NCBI GenBank assembly: GCA_965116535.1
Contig: OZ220703.1
Coordinates: 1,807,353-1,871,352 of the forward strand
DNA length: 64,000 nucleotides
Direction of reading: 5' to 3'
DNA from: Acidimicrobiales bacterium
GTDB taxonomy: Bacteria; Actinomycetota; Acidimicrobiia; Acidimicrobiales; Bin134
Both the position numbers and the translations under genes were made by a program. The notes under the pieces were generated by a model that ran no database searches, was not told the DNA's origin, and saw only the letters and a list, made by a program, of their open reading frames with translations. Positions 48,871 to 58,334 of the stretch are shown here, one piece after another. Numbering within the stretch: the stretch's first letter is position 1; each line of letters begins with the position of its first letter.

Positions 48871-49226
48871 CCCACTGCCAGCTTCTCCTCGAATTGGTCG
48901 CGGGGCTCAGCAGTCGAAGCCGAGGCACTCAACTCGTCTGCGGCCTGCGTCATGATCCGCTGAAGGAAATCGAGCGCCTCGCGCACCGAACCCTCAGCGT
49001 CAAGCCGAACATACCGGTAGCGACCCACCTTGCGCTCCTGCACCACGCCGGAGGTGCGGAGAACCCGCAGATGCGACGACACTGTGGTCCTGCCGACCGA
49101 GTCGATTTGCTCCGTGATCTCCGACACGGTGCACTCGCCGTGCTCGCTCAAAATGGCCAATATCTGCCGTCGAACTCCGTCGGACAGGGCATCGAAAGCG
49201 AGACTCTCAGTTGATGGGCGCACCAT
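48867..49226 (-). CDS. ArsR/SmtB-family repressor (NhlD/CblA-like context)
   Basis: FDALSDGVRRQIL..CTVSEI..TVSSHLRVLRTSGVV..GRYRY. Confidence 0.88.
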   Translation of the reverse strand: MVRPSTESLAFDALSDGVRRQILAILSEHGECTVSEITEQIDSVGRTTVSSHLRVLRTSGVVQERKVGRYRYVRLDAEGSVREALDFLQRIMTQAADELSASASTAEPRDQFEEKLAVG

Positions 49227-49290
49227 GAAATCCTACACCTCGACCCTTCTATCGGCGCACATCAATGTGCTACATCGAAACATGAACCGC

Positions 49291-50325
49291 TCACTTCACC
49301 AGATTCTGCATACGACCCCGGTCGATGGTGACCAGCACAGCCAAGATGACCACAAGACCCCGAAGGATGTCCTGGGTGAAGATTGACACCCCAGTCACAT
49401 TCAGACCATTGCTCAGCACCGTCAACAGTGCCACCCCCAGAAGCGTCCGGGGCATGCCGCCCACACCACCGGTTAGGGCGGTGCCCCCGATCACGATGGC
49501 CGCGATCGAGTCAAGCAGGTATTGATTGCCAAGGCTCGGGGTGGCCGATCCGAGCTGGAGCAGCAGGATTGCCCCTCCGAATCCGGCGGTGGCGCCCGAA
49601 ACCATGAACGCCAGTGTCTTGTACCGCCGCACGGGCACTCCGCTCAACGCGGCAACGGGTTCGCCTGCCCCGATGGCCACCAAATACCGCCCGAATCGGG
49701 TGTAGCGGTTCATGAACACCAGCAGCACCCACACGATGATGGCGGCCAAGAAGGTGTTGGGGACATCGGGGATCAACTCGCCGCGGGCCAGCCACTCGAA
49801 GGGCAGCTCGTCTACGAAGACGGCCCGGCCCGACAAGATGTGCAAAGTGATTCCGGTGAAGATGGAAAGCGTTCCCAGAGTCACAATGAATGACGGGAGC
49901 CTCAGCGCGATGGAGCAGAACGCGTTGACTCCTCCCAGCGCCATGCCGATGAAAATGGTGAGGATGAACCCGGCTGTGCCCCAGCTGTGATCAGAGATTA
50001 ACACCGCGGCCGCGGCGGCGGACAAGGCCGCGATGGCGCCGACTGACAGGTCGATTGATCCCATCAGCACCACCAGCGTTGCGCCAAGCGAGATCATCAG
50101 CAGCGGCCCGGCCTGGGTGAGCATTACGTTGAGGTTGGTGATCGAGATGAAGCGTGATTCGAAGGCGGTGAACAGCCCGATCAGCACCGGCAGCACCAGC
50201 ACCGGGACCAGTGGACGTCCCCATCGCTGGATGAACTCCACCGTGCTGAGCACCATATCGGTTGGGCGAGCAGCGGCCCCGTCAGGGGCGGCTGGCTCGG
50301 GATCCAGAGTCTCGTTGTCTGCCAT
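49291..50325 (-). CDS. sugar-type (CUT2/RbsC-like) ABC permease
   Basis: GSIDLSVG, LPSFIVTLG, TRFGR..AIG..A.LSGV, IAAIVIGGTAL.GG.G. Confidence 0.9.
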   Translation of the reverse strand: MADNETLDPEPAAPDGAAARPTDMVLSTVEFIQRWGRPLVPVLVLPVLIGLFTAFESRFISITNLNVMLTQAGPLLMISLGATLVVLMGSIDLSVGAIAALSAAAAAVLISDHSWGTAGFILTIFIGMALGGVNAFCSIALRLPSFIVTLGTLSIFTGITLHILSGRAVFVDELPFEWLARGELIPDVPNTFLAAIIVWVLLVFMNRYTRFGRYLVAIGAGEPVAALSGVPVRRYKTLAFMVSGATAGFGGAILLLQLGSATPSLGNQYLLDSIAAIVIGGTALTGGVGGMPRTLLGVALLTVLSNGLNVTGVSIFTQDILRGLVVILAVLVTIDRGRMQNLVK

Positions 50326-50337
50326 CCGGCCTCTTCC

Positions 50338-51897
50338 CTATGTCATGAGCCCGATGACGTAGGCCTCATCGGGCTTGTTGTCTCGTGACGCGTCGACGGT
50401 CTCCACCAGACGGCCGCTCCTCATTACGAGGATGCGATCGCTCAAGCCGATCAACTCGGGCAGGTCGTCGCTGACGATGATGATGCCCGCGTGGGTTTCG
50501 GCCAGGTCACGCAGGATGCCGTAGATCTCCCCCTTGGCACCCACGTCCACGCCGGCAGTGGGGTTCTCCAGGATGAGCACGCCCGGCTCCCGGCGGATCC
50601 ACTTGGCCAGCGCAACCTTTTGCTGGTTGCCCCCGCTGACTTGCGAGATCTTCTGGCCGTCAGTCGCTCTGATGTCGAACTTGGCGATGGCGGCCTCGGT
50701 CTCGCTTCGCTCCAAACGGTTCTTCCACACGCCGCCCAGGTACACGAATCCATACTCATCGCGGTCTCCGCTGGGCAGTGAGAGGTTGAATCTCACCGAA
50801 TCAGCCTGGATGAGGCTGTCGGTGTGGCGGTCGGGCGATAGGTAGCCCAATCCCTTCCGCTTCATCCTCACGGTCGAGGCCCGATTGATTCCAGTGTCGT
50901 TAACGGTCATTTGGCCCTCATCCATGCGGTCGGCTCCCGCCAAGCTGCGGGCCAGCGACGATTTGCCGGAACCTAGGAGGCCCGCAATGCCCAGAATCTC
51001 ACCTTGGCGCAGATCGAAGCTGACGTTCCGGAAGAGAAATTTCTGCGCGTCAGCGCGGTTGTACTGGGCCCGATCGCGGCAGCCGGCGCCGCGCACCGAC
51101 AGCACAATGCGCTCCCTCAGTCCGCTGCCTTGGCGGTCCTCGGCGTGAAAGTCGGCCTGGCGAACCCGGCCGACCATCAGCTCGTGCAGTGTGCCCTCGT
51201 CGGTTTCCCCAGCGGTGGTCTCTGCCACCATCTCACCGTCCTTGAGCACAACGATGTCCTGGCAGACCTCCAGTACCTCCTTCAGTCGGTGGGACACAAA
51301 CGCCACCCCCAGCCCGCGGGTGGCCAACACGGTGACCATGGAAAGCAGGTGGGGCACCTCCTCGTGGCTCAGCGCCGCGGTGGGCTCGTCGAAGAGCACA
51401 AAGGTGCGGGGCAGGCCCAACACGTCGGGCACCGCAGTGGCCTTCACCGCCTCGGCAGCTTGGCGAATCGAATAGTTGAACTCGCTGGTGAGGCGGGTCA
51501 CGTCCACATGTATGCCGAATTCCTCCATCACCCTCTGGGCCTCTCGGATCATGCGGGTGCGGCTCAGAATGCCCCGATTGGTGAACGCAACCTCATGGCC
51601 CAGGAACAAGTTTTCGTACAGCGGTATGCCGGCTATCAGCGCGGGCTCCTGGAACACCCGCCAGATGCCCAGGGTGTTGGCCGCCTTGTAGGAATGGGGG
51701 TCGAACCCCTCGCCGTTGAGGAACATCACGCCCCGATCGGGCCTGGTGATGCCGCAGACGATGTTCAACATCGTCGACTTCCCCGCCCCGTTCTCACCCA
51801 CGAGGCCGGTGACCTTTCCTGGCTCAAATGACAGGGAGACGTTGTCAAGCGCCAACTGAGCGTCGTAGCGCTTCGTGACGCCCTCGATCCGGAGCAT
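50338..51897 (-). CDS. sugar-type (RbsA-like) double ABC ATPase
   Basis: GENGAGKST, FDEPTAAL, VSHRL, SGGNQQK, GVDVGAK. Confidence 0.92.
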   Translation of the reverse strand: MLRIEGVTKRYDAQLALDNVSLSFEPGKVTGLVGENGAGKSTMLNIVCGITRPDRGVMFLNGEGFDPHSYKAANTLGIWRVFQEPALIAGIPLYENLFLGHEVAFTNRGILSRTRMIREAQRVMEEFGIHVDVTRLTSEFNYSIRQAAEAVKATAVPDVLGLPRTFVLFDEPTAALSHEEVPHLLSMVTVLATRGLGVAFVSHRLKEVLEVCQDIVVLKDGEMVAETTAGETDEGTLHELMVGRVRQADFHAEDRQGSGLRERIVLSVRGAGCRDRAQYNRADAQKFLFRNVSFDLRQGEILGIAGLLGSGKSSLARSLAGADRMDEGQMTVNDTGINRASTVRMKRKGLGYLSPDRHTDSLIQADSVRFNLSLPSGDRDEYGFVYLGGVWKNRLERSETEAAIAKFDIRATDGQKISQVSGGNQQKVALAKWIRREPGVLILENPTAGVDVGAKGEIYGILRDLAETHAGIIIVSDDLPELIGLSDRILVMRSGRLVETVDASRDNKPDEAYVIGLMT

Positions 51898-51941
51898 CGC
51901 TACGCTCTTTCCCCCCTCACCTCGGGTAGCGGAATGGTGGA

Positions 51942-51985
51942 ACTTTACGCGTGAAGCACTGACACGTCAACAATGATCGACGTAT
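51942..51985 (-). promoter_or_regulatory. internal promoter for ABC ATPase/permease with shared operator
   Basis: TTGACG-N17-TAAAGT; 24-mer ATACGTCGATCATTGTTGACGTGT. Confidence 0.72.
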
Positions 51986-52040
51986 CGGGCAGTCCCATTC
52001 AGCCCTCGAGGAGGCTGGTCAGCGGGCAGATTTCGATGGA

Positions 52041-53468
52041 CTAAAGCTGAACTCCGGTGAAGTCGAAGTTGTCCATCTTGATCTTGTAGTGGCTCTCGTA
52101 GAGCGCGTCGGTTTCGGCGATACCCCCGGCCGCTGCCGCATCGGACCAGTCGGAGGGGAGTTGATAGCCGGAAGGCGGATCGGCGATCCCCACCCAGTAC
52201 TCCTCGAGGTGGATAGCGGCCAAGCTGGTCTGCGGATCCCAGTCGTCGGGGTTGTGCACCCGCGAGGCGAGTATGGGATCGAACGGGAGGCGGTTCTCAG
52301 CGCCGTAGTAGCGGCTGATAAGGCCGTCGACATTCTCCTGGGTGACGTGGATGCCGTTCACCCACATCTGCCGCTCGATCGGCCCGAACTCCACGCCTTG
52401 CAGCGTGTCGTACATGCGGGTGATCGGGTGGACCGCGAAGGAGTGGGGTCCGTGGAAGTTGGTGGAAAACACCTCGCCACGCTGGATATTCTCGAGAATG
52501 TCGGGGTTACCGTCCTGCCCGCAGAACAGCACGTCATCGCCCGGCGTGTAGCCCAGCCCCTCCGCGGCGGGGAGGACGCCGGTGAGCATGGCGTCGTTAG
52601 AGCAGGCCACACCGTCGGGCTTGCCGTGCCGTCCGACGAGGTCCTGGAACGCTTGCTGGGCGAGAACCGGATCCCAGCTTCCCGGCAGCTCGCCGACAAT
52701 GCTGAGGGTTGGGAACTCATCCACGGCCTGGTGGACGCCGGCCGTGCGTCGGAAGGCCAGCGACCCGCCGGGGAATCCGGCGATGTGGAAGATCTTGCCC
52801 TCGGCCGAGCCGAGCCGGTTCACGATCTCCTGGCACATGAGCTTGGTCGAGCCGTAGATGTTGGGCGGGTCGTGCAGGTCCCAGAACGCCGTGTAGAACT
52901 CGTTGGTGTCTACCGGCATGAACCACGGACCGGCGGCCCACATCTGGGAGTGGTAAGCCTCGGCCGGGGTGGCCGCCTGGTTGATGGGGCGAACCTCCGA
53001 GCCGTCGATGCCCGACACCCAGATCATGTTGTGTCCGCTGCCGATGTACTGGCGAGCCAGGTCCACAGAGTTCACGGGGTCGAGGTTGGTGTTGCCCTCG
53101 GTGTAGGCCGAAATGCCCAGAATCTCCACGCACTGCCGGCCGGCATCGGCCATTGTGCGGGTGTACTGGTTGGGCGTCAAGATGAGATGGGCCAGACGCC
53201 CCTCCTTGCGAGAGACCACCGCTACCGTCTGGGTGGGCGCTGCCGTGGCGGGTGCCGCCGTGGCCGCGGGCGCGGGCGCATCGTCGTCGTTACCACAGGC
53301 CACCCCGATCCCGGCCATAGCCAGGCCCACAGCAGACATCCGCAGCACATCCCGGCGGGACATCCCCTTAGTATCGAGGTGCTCCAAGATTGGATCGATG
53401 GTGCTGTTGTCACCGGGGGTCGGAACCGTGGAGGTTACAACCGATCTGGACTTTGAAGAGCGTGTCAT
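52041..53468 (-). CDS. sugar-type ABC substrate-binding lipoprotein with Tat signal
   Basis: SRRDVLR...GIGVAC; PBP1 motifs RTAG, W(DP), NDAML, GQDG; RBS GAGGGAAGG before ATG 53468. Confidence 0.85.
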   Translation of the reverse strand: MTRSSKSRSVVTSTVPTPGDNSTIDPILEHLDTKGMSRRDVLRMSAVGLAMAGIGVACGNDDDAPAPAATAAPATAAPTQTVAVVSRKEGRLAHLILTPNQYTRTMADAGRQCVEILGISAYTEGNTNLDPVNSVDLARQYIGSGHNMIWVSGIDGSEVRPINQAATPAEAYHSQMWAAGPWFMPVDTNEFYTAFWDLHDPPNIYGSTKLMCQEIVNRLGSAEGKIFHIAGFPGGSLAFRRTAGVHQAVDEFPTLSIVGELPGSWDPVLAQQAFQDLVGRHGKPDGVACSNDAMLTGVLPAAEGLGYTPGDDVLFCGQDGNPDILENIQRGEVFSTNFHGPHSFAVHPITRMYDTLQGVEFGPIERQMWVNGIHVTQENVDGLISRYYGAENRLPFDPILASRVHNPDDWDPQTSLAAIHLEEYWVGIADPPSGYQLPSDWSDAAAAGGIAETDALYESHYKIKMDNFDFTGVQL

Positions 53469-53563
53469 TGTGGCCTTCCCCTCTGTCATTTTCTGTGCCC
53501 CACAAGAGTCGCGGAACCGCGTGATTCCCTTGATTCCCTTGGTATATGGCCAGATTTCTTGGA

Positions 53564-53607
53564 ACCTTACGCCCAATCTGCCAACACGTCAACAGCTATC
53601 GACGCAT
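53564..53607 (-). promoter_or_regulatory. substrate-binding protein promoter with shared operator
   Basis: TTGACG-N17-TAAGGT; 24-mer ATGCGTCGATAGCTGTTGACGTGT. Confidence 0.72.
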
Positions 53608-53622
53608 TTATCCAGTGGCGTC

Positions 53623-53667
53623 ACCCGTCGATACCCATTGACCTATTGGCCTTCCTGTGGTTAGCCT
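53623..53667 (+). promoter_or_regulatory. cbtB promoter (leaderless) with shared operator
   Basis: TTGACC-N18-TAGCCT, ATG 6 nt later; 24-mer ACCCGTCGATACCCATTGACCTAT. Confidence 0.7.
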
Positions 53668-53673
53668 TTCGCC

Positions 53674-53895
53674 ATGAACTCCTCTGCCACCCAAGCCTTT
53701 AGTCCTTCTTCTGACGGCCGAGTGGCGGTCGGCGGAAAATTGTCGATGGTCGAGTGGGCATTCATGGCCCTAGCGCTGTTCGCAGTGCACATCTTGCTGC
53801 AAGAGAACGGGGTCTTGTTCTCCGACCAAATTGCCCAATATCTGCACGAGTTCACCCACGACGCTCGACACTCACTCGGCGCTCCCTGCCACTAG
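53674..53895 (+). CDS. cbtB: cobalt transporter subunit CbtB
   Basis: single TM then YLHEFTHDARHSLGAPCH. Confidence 0.9.
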   Translation: MNSSATQAFSPSSDGRVAVGGKLSMVEWAFMALALFAVHILLQENGVLFSDQIAQYLHEFTHDARHSLGAPCH

Positions 53896-53961
53896 TCATT
53901 TCACATGGCCATAGCGGTTGCGCTCCCTGCCACTAGTGATTTCACATGGCCATAGCGGTTG
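53880..53961. repeat. 41-bp tandem duplication of the cbtB/cbtA junction
   Basis: CGCTCCCTGCCACTAGT(C/G)ATTTCACATGGCCATAGCGGTTG x2, one mismatch. Confidence 0.92.
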
Positions 53962-54716
53962 AGACGTGGGCCCAGCGGCTTGGCCGCGGCGCAATCGCCG
54001 GCTTGGCCGGGGGTGCGGCCTCAGCCGTCGTCCTTTGGCTCGCCGTTGAGCCCTCCATCACCAAGGCCATCGATCTGGAAAATGCCGCCGTCGAGGGGCA
54101 TTCCCACGGCGACGACGGCGAGCTCATCTCACGAACAACGCAGATGATCGGTGGAACGGTCACTTCCATCGTGGTGGGTGTGCTGCTGGGCGTAGTGTTC
54201 GCGGTGGTCTACGCACGAGCCCAGCACCGTCTGGCGGGCTACACCGATCTCGGGCGATCGCTGAGCTTGGCCGCCCTCGCGTTTGCCGTTGTTGCGCTGC
54301 TCCCCGCCCTGAAAGTGCCGGCCAATCCTCCGGCGGTCGGAGATCCCGGCACGGTCAACGATCGGACGCTCACCTATTTGGCGATCATCCTGCTCGGGCT
54401 AGTGCTCGTAGGGGTTAGCTTCGCGGTCGCTCAAGCCGTACGTCGGCGGACAGATCGAGTTGAGCTGTGGTGGGCGGCCGGCATTGGGGCGGCCGTAGTC
54501 GGCGGCGTCTTGATCCTTTACTTGGCCCCCAGCGGCACCGTGGATATCCCGGCCACGATGCCTGCGTCGCTGGTTTGGAAGTTCCGCATCGCCTCACTTG
54601 GCCAGCACGCCGGTATGTGGCTCAACATCGCATTGGCCTACGGAGCCCTGGCACACCGGCGTTCGCTCGTTCGTCAGCCGAGCGATGCTTCCACCGCCGC
54701 GGCTTGGGCCGAATAG
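53946..54716 (+). CDS. cbtA: cobalt transporter subunit CbtA
   Basis: GAIAGLAGG, EPSI..AI..E, HSHG, ISR..Q, PALKVPANPPAVG, LVWKFRIASL. Confidence 0.9.
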   Translation: MAIAVETWAQRLGRGAIAGLAGGAASAVVLWLAVEPSITKAIDLENAAVEGHSHGDDGELISRTTQMIGGTVTSIVVGVLLGVVFAVVYARAQHRLAGYTDLGRSLSLAALAFAVVALLPALKVPANPPAVGDPGTVNDRTLTYLAIILLGLVLVGVSFAVAQAVRRRTDRVELWWAAGIGAAVVGGVLILYLAPSGTVDIPATMPASLVWKFRIASLGQHAGMWLNIALAYGALAHRRSLVRQPSDASTAAAWAE

Positions 54717-54765
54717 ACACCGACAGTTTCGCGTCGCCAGCTCGTCTGGCATGGTAAACGCACTG

Positions 54766-55923
54766 CTAAGTATCTGAAGCCAGGCCGAGTTCTCGGGAGA
54801 TGACGAGGCGTTGGATTTCGCTGGTGCCCTCGCCTATCTCGAGGATCTTGGCATCGCGGTAGAAGCGGGAGACCGGGGTTTCGTCGATGTACCCGTAGCC
54901 GCCGAAGATCTGGGTGGCGTCTCTGGTGGCGCTCACGGCGGCTTCGGTGGCATAGAGCTTGGCGATGGCGGCTTGTTTCTTGAACGGCAGACCGGCGTCT
55001 TTGCGGGCCGCGGCTGCATAGGTCACCTGTCGGGCAGTTTCTGCGGCTACCGCCATGTCGGCGCATTTGAAGGCGATGGCCTGGTAGCTGGAGATGGGCT
55101 TTCCGAATGCCTGGCGCTGGTTGGCGTACTCGGTGCACTCGTCCAAGCAGGCTTGTATGAGGCCCACGGCCAGCGCGGCGATGGCGATGCGGCCGTCGTC
55201 GAGAGTGGCCAGAAACTGGTGGATTCCCTGCCCTGGTTCGCCCAGCAAATTCCCTTCGGGTACCCGGCAGTCATCGAAGACCAGTCCGTGGGTGTCGGAG
55301 GCATGCCACCCCATCTTCCGATAGGCCGGCTCCACCACAAAGCCCGGCGAGTTTGACGGGACGATGATCGACGACACGCCGTCGTCGGTGCGGGCGGTGA
55401 CCGTTACCAGGCTGGTGATGTCGGTACCGGAGTTGGTGATGAACGTCTTGGTCCCGTTGATCACCCACTCCGGGTTTGCTGGTAATGAGCGATCGAGCAT
55501 GGCCTGGGTCTGGGTGGCCCCCGCGTCGGAGCCCCCGCCGGGCTCGGTAAGGCCGAATCCGGCCAGCGCCCGTCCTGCAACCAGATCGGGAAGGTACTGC
55601 TGCTTTTGGCTCTCGGTTCCGTATTGGTAGATCGGTTTGGCCCCCAGGCATACTCCGGCCTCCAAGGTGATCCCCATCGACTGATCGGCCCTACCGATCT
55701 CCTCGATGGCTATGCACAGAGTGGTGAAGTCGGCGTCGCTGCCTCCGTACTCCTCAGGGAACACCAGGCCGAACAGTCCGAGTTCGCCCATGGCCAGAAC
55801 CGTGGCGGTTGGAAAGACGTGGTCGCGGTCCCAGTCGGAGGCGTGCGGGGCGATCTCGCGGGCGGCGAAGTCGCGCACCACACTGCGAAACGCCTCCTGC
55901 TCCTCAGTGAAGAACCTGCTCAT
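54766..55923 (-). CDS. acyl-CoA dehydrogenase
   Basis: [50 protein letters not shown]. Confidence 0.93.
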   Translation of the reverse strand: MSRFFTEEQEAFRSVVRDFAAREIAPHASDWDRDHVFPTATVLAMGELGLFGLVFPEEYGGSDADFTTLCIAIEEIGRADQSMGITLEAGVCLGAKPIYQYGTESQKQQYLPDLVAGRALAGFGLTEPGGGSDAGATQTQAMLDRSLPANPEWVINGTKTFITNSGTDITSLVTVTARTDDGVSSIIVPSNSPGFVVEPAYRKMGWHASDTHGLVFDDCRVPEGNLLGEPGQGIHQFLATLDDGRIAIAALAVGLIQACLDECTEYANQRQAFGKPISSYQAIAFKCADMAVAAETARQVTYAAAARKDAGLPFKKQAAIAKLYATEAAVSATRDATQIFGGYGYIDETPVSRFYRDAKILEIGEGTSEIQRLVISRELGLASDT

Positions 55924-57557
55924 GCGTGCTCCTCATTGGCCGCTTCGCCTAGGCCGAGTTCTTCGATCGACCGCTCCCGCATGAGGTATTTCTGGATCTT
56001 GCCGGTGATGGTCATGGGGAACTCGTCGGTGAACCTCACATAACGGGGAATCTTGTAGTGGGCGATCTGCCCTCGGCAGAACTCACTGATGTCGTCGGCA
56101 TCCAGCGCAGCCCCATCTCGCAACTGCACCCAGGCCATGATCTCCTCGCCGTACCGGGCGTCGGGCACGCCGATCACCTGCACCTCGACAATGGCGGGAT
56201 GACGGTAGAGGTACTCCTCGATCTCTCGGGGATATACGTTCTCGCCGCCCCGGATAATCATGTCTTTGATCCGCCCGACGATGTTGATGTATCCGTCGTC
56301 GTCCATGGTGGCGAGGTCGCCGGTGTGCATCCAGCCCTCATCGTCGATGGCCTCGGCAGTGCGGGCCTCGTCATCCCAGTAGCCCAGCATCACCGAGTAG
56401 CCCCGGGTCAAGAACTCGCCGGCTTGACCCCGGGGCACGGCGTCGCCAGTCTCAGGATTCACGATGCTGACCTCGACATGGGGATGGGCCCGGCCCACGG
56501 TGGCTACCCGCTTGTCCAGCGAGTCATCGACTGATGTTTGAGTGGACACCGGGGAGGTCTCGGTCATTCCGTAGGCGATGGTCACCTCGGCCATGTTCAT
56601 CCGGTCCACCACCTGCTTCATCACCTCCACCGGGCACGGTGAGCCGGCCATGATCCCGGTGCGAAGCGACGACAGGTCGTAGTCGTCGAGGTCGGGCTCA
56701 CCCAGCTCGGCGATGAACATGGTTGGCACCCCGTACAGGCTGGTGCATCGCTCCTGCTCGCAGGCCCTCAATGTGGCCGCGGCGTCGAAACCCGCGGAGG
56801 GAACCACCATGGCCGCTCCGTGGGTGGTGCAGGCCAAATTGCCCAGCACCATGCCGAAGCAGTGGTAGAAGGGCACCGGTATGCACACCCGGTCGGCTGA
56901 GGTATAGCCGCAGGCCTCGCCCACGAAGAAGCCGTTGTTCAAGATGTTGCGATGGCTGAGCGTGGCCCCCTTGGGGAACCCGGTGGTCCCGCTGGTGTAC
57001 TGGATGTTGATCGGATCATCCGGCCGCAGTCCCGCGGCGCGCTCCACAAGAAGATCAGCAGACACCGCGGCCCCACTGGCCAGCAGTTCATCCCAATCCG
57101 AGGTTTGGAGATACACCACCTGCCGGGCCGGAACCCGGTCCCAAACCTCTTCGACCATTTCCCGGTAGTCGCTGTGAGAAAACGACTCTGCGGCCACCAG
57201 CACGCTGATCCCCGACTGGTTCAGCACATACTCCAACTCGGCTGTCCGGTACGCCGGGTTGATGGTCACCAAGATGGCGCCGATTTGGGCCGTGGCGTAT
57301 TGCACCAGCACCCACTCGGCGCAGTTCGGACTCCATATCCCCACTCGGTCGCCCACCTGCACTTCCAGCGCCATCAGCCCCGCAGCAACCTCATCAACCG
57401 CCGCAGCGAACTCCCGGTACGAATAGCGAAGCCCTTGTTCGACAGATACCAGCGCGTCCCGGTCGCCATGAGCAGCCACCGTGCGGGCCAAATTCTCTGA
57501 GATGGTTTCTTCGAGAAGCGACATCGCCCTAGACCCCGAGTCAACTGACAACCTCAT
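55920..57557 (-). CDS. AMP-binding fatty acyl-CoA synthetase
   Basis: [49 protein letters not shown]. Confidence 0.92.
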   Translation of the reverse strand: MRLSVDSGSRAMSLLEETISENLARTVAAHGDRDALVSVEQGLRYSYREFAAAVDEVAAGLMALEVQVGDRVGIWSPNCAEWVLVQYATAQIGAILVTINPAYRTAELEYVLNQSGISVLVAAESFSHSDYREMVEEVWDRVPARQVVYLQTSDWDELLASGAAVSADLLVERAAGLRPDDPINIQYTSGTTGFPKGATLSHRNILNNGFFVGEACGYTSADRVCIPVPFYHCFGMVLGNLACTTHGAAMVVPSAGFDAAATLRACEQERCTSLYGVPTMFIAELGEPDLDDYDLSSLRTGIMAGSPCPVEVMKQVVDRMNMAEVTIAYGMTETSPVSTQTSVDDSLDKRVATVGRAHPHVEVSIVNPETGDAVPRGQAGEFLTRGYSVMLGYWDDEARTAEAIDDEGWMHTGDLATMDDDGYINIVGRIKDMIIRGGENVYPREIEEYLYRHPAIVEVQVIGVPDARYGEEIMAWVQLRDGAALDADDISEFCRGQIAHYKIPRYVRFTDEFPMTITGKIQKYLMRERSIEELGLGEAANEEHA

Positions 57558-57628
57558 GGGCTTGATCTTCTTTCCGTAAGCCTTGCTATCCATATGTCTG
57601 CATTGTCTTGTCGTGACGGCCCGACCGG

Positions 57629-58330
57629 CTAGAGAGCCATGTACCTTCGTTGCAGTTCCCTATCGCGGCTGAGCTCGGTGATGTCAAGCTCTTCGACGAT
57701 TTCGCCTTTGTCCATGATCAGGCCGCGGTGGGCGATTCGGGCCGCAAAATCGAGGTTCTGCTCCACTACTAGCACCGCTATACCACGCTGCGAGTTGATT
57801 TGCTCCACGGTGGTCGCGATCTCATCCAGGATTGACGGCTGGATTCCTTCGGATGGCTCGTCAAGCAATAGAAGTCTTGGCCTAGCCATCAGGGCACGGG
57901 CGAGGGCGAGAATCTGCTGTTGACCCCCGGAGAGACTGCCGCCTCGGGCCTTGCGCTTTTCGGCCAATACGGGGAACTGCTCGAATGTCTCCTCAAAATC
58001 GACTCCCTGAGATTTTCCGACTGCCGATGCCGCTACTTGGAGGTTTTCGGCGACGGTTAGCTTGGGGAAGATGGCCCGTCCCTGCGGCACATGAGAAATG
58101 CCCAATCGGGCTCGCTTGTAAGCGCTGAGTGAGCCGAGATCAGTTTCGTCGAGGCTCAGGCTTCCTCCAGTGCAAGGAATTGTGCCGCTAATAGCTCGCA
58201 TTAGCGTGGTCTTGCCCGCGCCGTTGCGGCCCAAGACTGCCGCGATTTCTCCTGAGCCCAGCGAAAGGCTGATTTCGTGGAGAACCGGTGTAGAGCCATA
58301 ACCCGCTCGAACATGGTTTAAACGGAGCAC
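57629..58330 (-). CDS. urtE: urea/amide ABC ATPase (UrtE/LivF-like)
   Basis: [34 protein letters not shown]. Confidence 0.8.
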   Translation of the reverse strand: MLRLNHVRAGYGSTPVLHEISLSLGSGEIAAVLGRNGAGKTTLMRAISGTIPCTGGSLSLDETDLGSLSAYKRARLGISHVPQGRAIFPKLTVAENLQVAASAVGKSQGVDFEETFEQFPVLAEKRKARGGSLSGGQQQILALARALMARPRLLLLDEPSEGIQPSILDEIATTVEQINSQRGIAVLVVEQNLDFAARIAHRGLIMDKGEIVEELDITELSRDRELQRRYMAL

Positions 58331-58334
58331 CGGC

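Noticed and set aside
49227-49290. Fifth copy of the NHase operator upstream of arsR
   Set aside because: Only half-sites (GCCGAT; TTCGAT..ATTGAT) with the wrong spacing; arsR may be read through from the ABC promoter.
52089-53456. 455-aa plus-strand ORF and similar long antisense ORFs across the core region
   Set aside because: High-GC antisense shadows of well-supported genes.
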